A stretch of 64,000 bases of DNA from Octopus vulgaris (lineage: Eukaryota). Where the stretch lies: assembly GCA_951406725.2 (NCBI GenBank), contig OX597821.1, forward strand, positions 104,284,001 to 104,348,000, in the 5' to 3' direction. Below the pieces are notes generated by a model, which saw only the letters and a program-made list of their open reading frames with translations, did not search any database and was not told the origin of the DNA. Both the position numbers and the translations under genes were made by a program. Positions 53,330-64,000 of the stretch are shown piece after piece; the first letter of the stretch is position 1; the number at the start of each line of letters is the position of its first letter.

Positions 53330-54265
53330 GGGGAGGTGTATGGAGGCAGTAAGAAGGGAAAATTGAAGATGCACATTCGATATAAAAAAACTAAAGGCAT
53401 GTTTAGGAAACGTAGCAATTAATAAATGTAATTATTTGAACTGCGTTAGAAGTAAGAGAATTTAAGTTCATTATTTCGAATTGTTAAAGAGATTCAAAGT
53501 CAAACAGGTATCGTCATTGCTATTCACTGGTTTTGATTGCGCACCGATTATCAAACGGTGTCAGATCTACTCGTCCCTGAGTAAAACATTATTTAAGGGA
53601 TGTAAGTAGTTCTGGAGGTGGTGCAATTATGGTCGATACAATACTATAATATGAATGGTATAAGGAATGTATGGGTGTTAGTGGCATTATTGATAAAGTT
53701 AGTAGCGTTCTGTACTATGATGTGTTCATGTTAAGTTGTGGATGATTTTATTGTTGAAAGTTACTTCTTTATTCATTCTTTGCTGCATTGTGAACATTGA
53801 TAGAAAGGAAAAATTAGGAAATTAAGATTAACAGTTTCCTAGGACACCTATCTATGTGTTCACTGACCTGTATCTGTCTGTATTGTGGGTGGCGGATTTG
53901 TTCTTTCTGAAGAGTCGTTCTTCGACGGAGTGATATTCCTCTTTGGACAATATATTGATTACCGGACTCTAAGCAGGTAGTGGCATAGATTAGGTTTCTG
54001 AGGCTCAGGTGAAATTCGATTTAATATTAAATATTTCACCTTGTTTAAAGTGGAATTCTGTATCCTCCAAAATGGTGGGGGCATGTGCTACAGTTAGGCC
54101 GATCGCATTTTTTCACTTTCGTTTCCGTTGTTAATGGATAAAGTTTTGCGTTGTTTAATATTTTTTCAATGACTTCGGTTGCATTTTGATCTTGATAATT
54201 TTGTGTGAGCCTAACATTTTGTTCATTGTTTTATCTCCTGTGAGAATGGGTAGATTTTGATTCGT
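53330..54265 (-). pseudogene. Penelope-like element 3' remnant with GIY-YIG endonuclease
   Basis: Manual translation of 53996-53844: NLIYATTCLESGNQYIVQRGISLRRRTTLQKEQIRHPQYRQIQVSEHIDRC (NLIY..C..YIG..R..H pattern, decayed); ends beside (TA)n. Confidence 0.8.
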
Positions 54266-56072
54266 GAAAAATTGTGGAAATGACTGAAATCAGCGCAAAA
54301 GTGGACTCATCTAAAGTGACTTTCGTAAAAAAAAAAATAAAACACTGCATCGGTTAATTTTATAATATGGGAAAATATCATAAAAAATTATATGAAAGTG
54401 TTTTTAAACGAAAACCATTGCCATTGACTAAATTATCGGTTTTAAAATGAAACCGTTAAAATGCCTATATTATAATTGAAATTGTATAGACTGACGGATA
54501 ATATTTTAGGTCAATTATAAATGAGAAAGAAACACCGATGTATAATGTTTTGTGAGACATTATTTCCTGTCTGATATAAATGGTATATTTTCTGAGCTAC
54601 TAAAATTTTAGATTTGAAATGCGCATTTTGATATATTTCGTTAATGCTCTTTAACCGAAAGTTTTCGCTAAAATATTGTTATATATCGTAGAGTGTATCA
54701 ATTCTATTTCATCATTTGAATTTTTGGTTTTTAGTTTGAACATAAATTGATTTACCATGGAGACGTATTCATTCTCGTAGAGATAGTGCAAAGTGGTTTG
54801 AGGAATACACTTGTTTAGAGTTGAAACCAAATTTAAAATTTTAAATAATCATCCTGAGCTGGATTACACTCGTTTGCACTAAGATTGAATGGTTCGATCA
54901 GTTGCATTACCTGGTCCTATATTACCGTGTAATTTGCCGAGCCTTTCACACATAAAAGTGCTTATCAGGTGGAACCCACATGACCGTGTTTGTGACAAAG
55001 CTGTAACATTTGTTCCAAAGGAAAAATACACCCGTCACGTTTCCATACTGTTACCTTCTATCCAATATTTAACAGGCATGTATCAATCCATCGGTACAGA
55101 ATTGGGCATTTCTCTAAGATACTATGCAGTGGTGTCAAACCAGTGATCATGTTGGTGTAAGGCAAGCATCTTAACTATTCCTTCATACTCACCTACTAAA
55201 TAATTCCAAACTATATTAATAAAAGCAAGAACTGAATCACGGCATCTGATTATAATATAATATCAAAACATTATTATTACTGATTTGATATTATATTTCA
55301 CACGTTTTTCTTTACTCAGTAGAAAAGATATTAAAGGTTTTACTGCATTAAAGCTTGTTTGAAACTTAGTTTCTATCATTGCATTAACTTTACTTCCTTT
55401 TAATTTTACATTAGTCGCCATCATCTGCATCAATAATTGACTAAGTCTTCAAACACCGAATGCTCATCTAAGGATCGCATTTCCGTTGTGGGAAGCATAA
55501 AGCTCCATATGAAGAAATTAGTACCGTTTGTATAAATCCCAATCAAATTATATTTTTCAGAAAATTTGGGAATTACTCCAGAGCTCATCACACACATTAT
55601 TATCTGAACTAGGCTTTGACAGCATTTTCATTAGACACCTTTTTATGATCTAGCATGATATGCTTTCGCTCCTCGTTTTCATCATTCTAGAGAATTTCTC
55701 TCCATGGTAAATGAAATGGATTCATTTTTCGAAGTTGAAATAGCGAAAACATAGTTTAACAAACCTAAAGTTTACTTTGGCCTAAACACTGCTTGGTGGT
55801 GATACTGCTGATATTTCGTGACCCGGTTGACCATTGGCGCAACACTCATTCAATTTTGTTGAATGGTTTTAGTTAAAGGTACAGCTGAAAATTTGCTCAG
55901 ATTTAGAATCGATTCGGTATTTAATTAAACACACACACACACATATATATATATACATAAATATGTGTGTGTGTATGTGTATGTGTGAGTAAATACCTAT
56001 ACATATATATACATATATATATATGTGTGTATATATATGTATATATATATATATATATATATTTATATACAC

Positions 56073-56104
<32 letters not shown>

Positions 56105-56114
<10 letters not shown>

Positions 56115-56482
56115 GGCAGTTTGTCTGTGCGTGTTTCTGTGTGTCTGTTTGGTTGTACCCTCACCCTGACCACGGCTTTCAACCGATTCTGATGAAACTT
56201 GACACACACATAGCCCAATGTCATAATTCAAAACTAACGCAGCCAAAATTTTGAAAAGTTTCCCAGTTCTGAAAAAAATCGATAAATTCGACATGGGGTC
56301 GAGAATCAGAAACTCGAACCACAAACTGTCTAGGGGACGCAACTCCATCCTTTTTTAACACTCAAAAAAAAATTTACCATCATTTTTTTCCATTTTTTTG
56401 CTATTTTTTGGCTATAACTCTCTAAAAATGCTTTATAGTTATTTCCCTTACAAACCTGAGCAACGCCGGGCGATACTGCTAG
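56105..56482 (+). mobile_element. Non-autonomous Helitron-like element
   Basis: Same 3' hairpin and CTAG|T as 43021-43412; different 5' two-thirds. Confidence 0.75.
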
Positions 56483-56771
56483 TATATATATATATATATT
56501 TATACTGCTAGATAGATAGATAGATATATAGATAGATAGATAGATAGATAGATTAACATACCCGCGTAAGTACCTGAGTATATTTCCAAAGTTCAACTGA
56601 ACACTCATACACATGGCCACACACATACACATAAATACTTTTAGAAATAAACATAACACATATCTATATATAAACCAATACATGTATGCGTGTCTGCATG
56701 TAGAATAGTAGCGTATACGCATACATAAATTCATACATATATGCACATACATGCATACATCCATCAATAGA

Positions 56772-56803
<32 letters not shown>

Positions 56804-57044
56804 CGCACACATATATACTCGCAGTTATCCATGCACCAGCATACAAATATATGTATATATGCCTCAAACATGTCACAATATGTTAGCTATTTATACCTTT
56901 ATGTATATGCTAAGGTATATGAATATCGTCTCTATCGGTTCTCTGTTAACTTGATTACCCTTCAAGTATATATTTGTGGCATCTAGGAAACATAGAATTC
57001 CATAATCATCTGACACCTACACACAAAAACACACACATATTTTA

Positions 57045-57105
<61 letters not shown>

Positions 57106-57423
57106 TCATAGTGGTACGTTACTTTTTGCACTTAGCAAATTTGGCGTGTAAATTCGTATATATTAAATCACCATGGAAGCGGTCGTCTTTTTTTTTTCTT
57201 GATCAAATACTGATAAAATGCATGTAGATATATTTATGAGATATTAATAAAGAATATCATGATTTTCTTCATGTACGTCTCTCTCTCTTTCCCTCCTTCC
57301 CCCTCCCACCTCTCTCTCTCTATATAAATATATACATGTATATGTGTGTGTTCATGTGCGCGAATATGTATGTGTATATATGCATATGTGTGTATATATG
57401 TGTCTATATATTCATATCATATG

Positions 57424-57489
<66 letters not shown>

Positions 57490-57831
57490 TGTGTGTGTGT
57501 GTGCGTGTGTGTGTTTGTATGTATATATATTTGTGTGTGTATGTATTTATACATACATCCAGGTATTTCCTATCAACATTCTTTATATCTTTATGTCATA
57601 GTAAATACTACAAAATATTGACCTGCAGATTTATCCCATACTTTCTGTATTAATTTAATTCCATTTATATTACATCTACTCAAAATACTTCGCAATTTTT
57701 CTCTAAAAGCTTCTAGAATTACATATTAACCTCTGAAATCTATATTTAATACGCACACATACACATATATCTATCTATGTATGTATGTACGTACGTATGT
57801 ACGTATGTATGTATGTATGCATGTATGTATG

Positions 57832-57865
<34 letters not shown>

Positions 57866-57994
57866 TGTATGCATACATGTATGTATGTATGAATCTGTCT
57901 GTCTACCTCCCAATCCATCAATCTGTCTATCTATCTATCTGTATATTTGTCTGACTGTCTGTGAGTCCGTGTGTCTGTCTATCTATCAATCTCC

Positions 57995-58055
<61 letters not shown>

Positions 58056-58247
58056 CTTTATCTATCGATATATCTATCCATTTAAGTCTTCTATAAATAC
58101 GCTGGCAAGTGCACAAGGGTGTAGAAATAGTATTATCCAAACAAACATTAGGGTATGGCTATCTAGAATATACATACGCAGAATTAATACGTTCAAACTG
58201 GACGTACTTAGTACAACACCAAACGTAGGTACGATCGGAAATTCAAC

Positions 58248-58320
58248 GCTGTCAACTGTTGCCGTCAACTGCCTACTGTCAACGTTTGACTGTCAACTGC
58301 CGACTGTCAAATATCGACAG
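58248..58320. repeat. Short ~14-bp minisatellite (CTGTCAA core x5)
   Basis: Directly visible. Confidence 0.7.
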
Positions 58321-59309
58321 TTCACACAGTTTCTCCATTTTAGTGAAAAGCTTCATTCCACTTTTGTTCACGTAGGTGTGGCTCACATCCTTCCATAACA
58401 CCCCCACACCTCCGTACTTTATATAAAGTGCTTATATCTATATAAATTTCTTACATGAATATCTAATAGCCTGTGCTCCAATGTTCGTATGTGGGAGCAA
58501 AAATAAGCTGTTACGTTAACCCTGATGACGCACTCGTGTTGAGATCATAAAAAATATCGTAACACTATTTTTAGTATTCAGCGTCCCCATTAATAAATGA
58601 GCTCTTATTTTAAAGCATAATTTTAAATTAATGATCTTGAATTAACACAAGTGTGTGCACATTTGTGTGTTTGTTTAGATTTGTAAGAAAATTTTTGTGT
58701 GCGCGTGAGCAAGAATTGAAGAGATCCCGATGAGAAAATATCTGCTATTTTTATGTCGAAATTTAATTACATGTACTGAGAATAAATTGGACCACGTTTT
58801 TACAATTTACCAATTAAGGATTCTTAATTTCCTTTCTTTAATACAATTTATTTCATCAGGAACTGGTTGTTATGTATTTTTACTGATTTCATGTACTTGC
58901 ACGAAATGAAGTTCAGCGAAGCAAAACTAGTGTATTACAAAATTTAATGTGGATTCTTGACAGACCACTTAATGATTGAAATAGTGTTGGTATTAATTTT
59001 AAAATTTGTTGTAGGCAGCAACACGTTTCTGGCAATTTTATCTCTGACTTTACTTACTGACATTTCAGCCTTGCAACCATGCACGATGCCAATAACAGGA
59101 AAAAGATTAAGACAGGCGAATTACTACACTTAGGCATGAATATTCATAAAGTTATGCGTGTGAATGTTCATGATTTAATTCACCAAAATATTACGGGTGT
59201 AAAAGTGCGGGGAAGCAAATTCTCAGATATCAGGTTATGTAAAAGTTTATATAGAATATTGAAATTGCAAATATATGCTATTATCATCGATCAGAGTGTT
59301 CTACATTAA

Positions 59310-59358
59310 CCCTGAGAACCGCTAAGTTACTGGGATGCTGGGGAACAAAAAAGACACA

Positions 59359-59441
<83 letters not shown>

Positions 59442-59598
59442 TATACACACATATATACGATGAGCTTCTTTCAGTTTCCGTCTACCAAAACTACTCATAA
59501 AGCTTTGGTCGGCCCGAGGCTATAGTAGAAGACACTTGCCTAAGGTGCCACGCAGTGGGAATAAACCCGGAATCATGCGGTTGGTAAGCAAGCTACTT
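59310..59598 (-). mobile_element. tRNA-derived SINE, major family, cut in its head by the LINE
   Basis: Follows the family sequence up to GGTAAGCAAGCTACTT, then switches to the LINE 3' end. Confidence 0.9.
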
Positions 59599-60032
59599 TA
59601 TTTCATATAATTTGCCATTTAGGCATTTACAAAGAGGGGACAAACAAGGACAGACAAATATAAAGGGTGAAGTAGCTTAACACAGTTACAATTTTCGAAT
59701 GAAATTACGGATAAGATTATAAACAATGAATTTTACGAAGGCAATGTTTAAAAATATTAATGATTATGTCGAAGGACGGACACCCAGCCATCCGGGTAGA
59801 ACCTTTGCTTTCTGATCCGGTCACACTTACCTGGTGCCAAACATACCCATCTTGTATGCCGCAGGCTTCCATCTTTTCACAAACATATCTCGTGACAGAC
59901 ACCTCTTCTCCAGCCTGATTTTGCTACTGAGGTGGTAACTAAAAAAGTTAATCAACCCCTGGCCGGAGACAAAGGTGCCTGTCACTATACCTTTCGTACG
60001 CGTCTTCCATACTGTTTCTTTCAGTATGGCTA

Positions 60033-61886
60033 CTACACAGAAAAAACAAGCCTTTCTTTCCCTGTTAAGGAAAGGGGGCGGCACAATCTCGATGATAGAC
60101 TCAGCTGATAGCTGTACTCTTCCATCACTGACAACAGTTGTTCAACAAAAGCTATCAGTCCCGATAACTCCGGACACTCCACGAATGCGTGCAAGACGGT
60201 CTCCCTATCCTGCTCACATCGCGGGCATGTCGGCGAGACGGCACTACCGTGCCTTGACAGCTTGTCGCGAACAGGTAAAGCCGCACGGAAACACTGCCAG
60301 GCCAGGGATTTCTGGTAATTATCCAGATACCCCGTCCCGAACGTCCTCCGGAACATGTTGACCAATTGATTTTCATCGTAGCCCAGGGTCTCCCCCAAGG
60401 CGTCTTCGGACTTAATCTCCACTAACCCGCTATAGAAATCCGTGGTGGAACTCCTGTTGCCGGCGTTGCCCACCCGAGATAGTAGCTGGAGCGCCTGACG
60501 GCACTCCAAATGCCATTCACTCAGTTTAGGTCTCCGCTTGATCCATGCACCGATGTCCGTTAGGGATGTTAACTGGGGAAGGTAGAACCGGACGTGCAGC
60601 GACCACACCTGCTCTCCATCCAGGTAAAGCCAGAGGTGCCTCAACCTTAACGCGAGTTTTCGCATCCTCAGCCAAGGCATCCCTAGCCCACACTTTAGCG
60701 GTTTCTGGCAGCAGACAGAGCGCTTTACAAGTGGCTTTCCTCCTTTCCACAAAAATCGGAAAAGGATTCTCTCCAACTTGTTCAGCCACAAATCGGGGCA
60801 AGGCACCACGATCAGGCGGTAGGTGATTACTGATGCTATAAACATCTGCACCACCTCCGCCTTCCCTAGCAGGGATAACGCCCGCCCAGACCAGGTCTGG
60901 GTTAGAGCGGTCACCTTGTTGGCCACCTCACTCCAATTTTTCTCAATCTGGAGGTCTGGACCGAACCAGACTCCGAGCAGCTTAACAGGACCTTCCGTCC
61001 AACGCCCTACGACGTTATTGGACGGCATCGGCTTGCCCCTCCAGGTGCCGAGTTGCAAACCGACCGACTTGTCCTTGTTAACCTTTGCTCCTGCCACCGC
61101 CTCGTAGCTTTTGATGGCCTCTTCCACCACTGGAAGCTGGCCTTCGTCTGCCACGATGATGGAGGTGTCATCCGCATACGCCGTAGCTCCTCTTCCACAC
61201 CATAGATCATGCGGCGCGCCCCCTAGTGCCTCCAACTTCCGCAGCAAAGGCTCGAGAGCCAATACGTATAGGAGCGAGGACAGGGGACACCCTTGACGAA
61301 CTGAACGCTCGATCCTGAACGGCTTCGAAAAGGAACCGTTCACCTTGACTACAGACTCGATGTCGCTATACAAAGCAGCGATCCAACCTCGAAAGGTCGG
61401 GCCTAGGCCAGCCTCTCTGAGGACCGCCGCCAGGTACCGATGGTCGACCCTATCAAATGCTTTGGACTGGTCTAAATGTACAAGTGCTCCCCCTGCGCCA
61501 GAAAGCTTCCCCACCCTCTCTAAGGAGTAGCGTATAAGGTGGAGATTGTCGTGGATCGTTCTGCCGGGGATAGCGCACGTTTGCGCTTCCCCGACAAGTT
61601 TGTCCACGACCCGCGCCAACCTTTTTGCTAGCACCTTGGCCAGAATCTTTAACTCTGTGTTTAACAGAGTTATGGGCCTGAAGTTCCCTATCTCGTCCCC
61701 CTTGTTCGGGTCCTTCCTGATCAACGTCACCGCCCCCCGGCTCGCAGACTTGGGAATTTTCCCATTCTGCTGCCAGTTGGCGTAGACGCTAGCCAGCAGG
61801 TGCCCGAACAAGTCTGGCATACTTCTATAAAATTCATAGAGCAGACCATCGAGACCCGGCGACTTCTTCCCGGGGCACTTGCCCAA
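60033..61886 (-). pseudogene. LINE ORF2 reverse transcriptase and C-terminal zinc finger (frameshifted at both ends)
   Basis: KSPGLDG, NFRPITLLN, LDQSKAFDRVDH, VRQGCPLS, AYADD, KLLGV, CPRC..ETVLHAFVEC. Confidence 0.95.
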
Positions 61887-62097
61887 TACCTCGATTACTT
61901 CCTCGGCTGTGATTGGCCCTTCACAGCACTCAGCCTCTCGTCCCTAAGGCCCTCACCATGATCCAGCGTCCCGCACCGCCCGAACAACTCGGCGAAGTGC
62001 TTGTGAAGTGCCTCACACATCTCGTCCCGGTTCTTGATCGTGCATCCGTTTTCATCAACAAGAGACCCAATTGTGGCATCGTTTCCACGCTGTGTTT

Positions 62098-63195
62098 CTA
62101 TCGTACGGGCCCATCCGGCAACATTAATTCCCTCACGGCCCAATGCTCGTACTTTAGCCGGACTCTACATCCCTCATGTTTGGTTTTGAGGTGACGGTCT
62201 AATGCCGTTCTCGCCGCTAAAATGTGAGATGCAGAGCCCAACCTCAACGCCTCCTCTAAGTTCTTAACTAGTTGCCCTTCTATTCTAGCCCTATCTAGTC
62301 TTAGTTGTTTACTAAATTTAATGGACTCGAATCGAATGGCTCTTTTGAGGGTGAACCACCACCGGTTATTAACCACGGCTCCGGTTAACGCCCTCTGCAC
62401 TAACACCTTAATCCGGCTATGGTATGCCTCGCGTGTCAAAATAGACTTGTTCAGCTTCCAGTAGCCGGTTCCTATCTTAAGTGTGCTATCTATGCCCAGT
62501 CTACACGTGACCATTCTATGGTCAGTGTAGGGCACCTGGACGAGCTGTGGACAACTAAAACTAGACTTATCTCTAGTTCTTATCACTATCTTGTCTAGAT
62601 AAGACTTGAACCTTCCGTCGCCACTCATCCAGGTCCACTCTGGGACGTTCGGATGGTCAAGTCTGTAACGATCTGCTAGCTGAAACCGCTTAAGCAGATC
62701 CACGAGACGTGAGTTCACTTTCCTATAGATCGAGCCAACGCTATCGATGTGTACGTCAACGATAGCATTAAAGTCCCCTAATATCACTAAAGTCTTCGAC
62801 GTCACGAGAAAGCCCTCTAGGCGCCGATAAAAATCAGTTTGGAAACCTCTAGCACAAGGTGCATAGAGTCCGATCAACCTGAAGGCCTTACTGCTGTATG
62901 TCACATCAAGGACGACCAGCCCACCTTCTGGGTCTACATAGACTGTACTTGTCTGTAGAGCCAAGTCTTTACGGATCAGTACCACTACGCCCCCTCGCCC
63001 TCCGGTCTGGCCAGGAGACATGATTTTCTCGTAGCCATTCAGGAGAGGCGAGAAGGTTTGTAGGCTGTCCAGCTTGGTCTCTGTAGCAACCATCACATGT
63101 ATATCATGTGATCTGAGGTCGTCGAGGAAACAAGCCTGCTTCCACTTCGAACTCAGACCACGCACATTTAAACAACCAAGGTTAAGCGAAGCCAT
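62098..63195 (-). pseudogene. LINE ORF2 APE-type endonuclease domain (frameshifted from RT)
   Basis: LNVRGL, ETK, GGV, LYAP, ILGDFN, WTW, YLDKI, TDH, GYWKLN. Confidence 0.95.
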
Positions 63196-63212
63196 TACAA
63201 AAAGTAAAAGTT

Positions 63213-64000
63213 CTACTTACATTTTGTTGGAGAGGTGGGGTCCGACCTCACCACACGTTTATGGGCCCCCTCCTTCTCCTCTCTCTTCAGATAGTCCGGC
63301 AAGTTCACGACACTCCGGATGGCGTTTGGGTGTCTGTCTTTTAATTGTTTGAACGTTGTTTCCGCAATCCACGCGTGTCTATTTCGATCTTTGTATTTGT
63401 TGTACAGTCTTGCTGACTGATGCTGAACCACAATATCGTTTATGTATTTGTCTTGTGTGTCGAATTCAATTAATATGAGTTCATTTTCTTTTTTGTCTTC
63501 TTTTTCTGGGCCAGTTGAGCGGGATTTTTTTTCCGTGTCTGTGGTGTGTCTTTGTTTTTATTATTTTTTGTAGGGGATGTGGACGGGGATGCTGCACGAA
63601 TTCTTTTACGAACTGGTGTAAATCCCCGCTCTGATACCTCCATGGTATCGTCTGGGGTAGCAATAGTTTGTTCGGTAGGCGCCGCAGTTTTTAGGGGGTG
63701 GGAGGTTTTATTAGTGTAGGGGTTTGTGAGTGCGAGGGCTGGGTTTTTTCTTCAGTCTGTTTTGGGGTTGGCACCGTAACAGCAGGAGTGGGATTTTTTG
63801 TTTTTGTAGGGGTAGGTGTGTTTGCAAGGGTAGGGACTTTTTTTATTATCTGAGGGGCCTGGTGTCTGCGGTTTCTTTTGCTTGTCTGGACAGTGTACAG
63901 GAATGTGGCCCTTCTTGCCGCAGGCGTAACAGGTGGGTTTGCGGCCTTCGACCTGTACCCTGAGGGCTACGTTCTCGCCCACGAGCACCCTCTCAGGAAG
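63213..64000 (-). pseudogene. LINE ORF1 (gag-like zinc knuckle), fragmented
   Basis: CYACGKKGHIPVHC (C-x2-C-x4-H-x4-C) at ~63890-63935, then Lys/Pro-rich pieces in shifting frames. Confidence 0.85.

Larger units (their letters stand above)
59598..64000 (-). mobile_element. Tx1/L1-group non-LTR retrotransposon; 5' end beyond the window
   Basis: ORF1 with CCHC knuckle, ORF2 with APE, RT and C-terminal CCHC, 3' UTR ending GAAATAA; GC-rich relative to flanks. Confidence 0.95.

Noticed and set aside
58248-58320. Regularly spaced CTGTCAA repeats as a CRISPR-like array
   Set aside because: Period only ~14 bp, no unique spacers, eukaryotic context
58520-58550. CTGATGA followed by a short hairpin
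   Set aside because: No GAAA, stem III or stem I, so not called as a hammerhead

Overview
AT-rich, microsatellite-dense metazoan non-genic DNA. The repeat complement (tRNA-derived SINEs with internal TA/TG repeats, Penelope-type pieces in (TA)n, mariner, Helitron-like elements) looks like octopus; this is inferred from recognised repeats, not from a search. No host protein-coding exon can be supported, and most ORFs in the track are translated microsatellites. Recognisable elements: a long, frameshifted Tx1/L1-group LINE on the minus strand (59598 to window end), an ORF1-only derivative with a similar 3' tail (~24060-25246), a decayed R4/Dong-type RLE retrotransposon fragment, a Penelope GIY-YIG remnant, a mariner with both TIRs, an interrupted maT/Tc1-like transposon, Helitron-like elements and many SINEs. 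Two systems stand out. (1) Several unrelated ~350-430-nt non-coding elements in (TA)n tracts carry type I hammerhead ribozyme cores, and three show circularly permuted (end-to-start) structure, as expected of retrozyme-like or Penelope-dependent RNAs. (2) The LINE, the ORF1-only element and a SINE family share a 3' tail, and the LINE and SINE have inserted within a few bases of the same position in tRNA-derived SINE heads. All ribozyme folds were read by eye and are untested.
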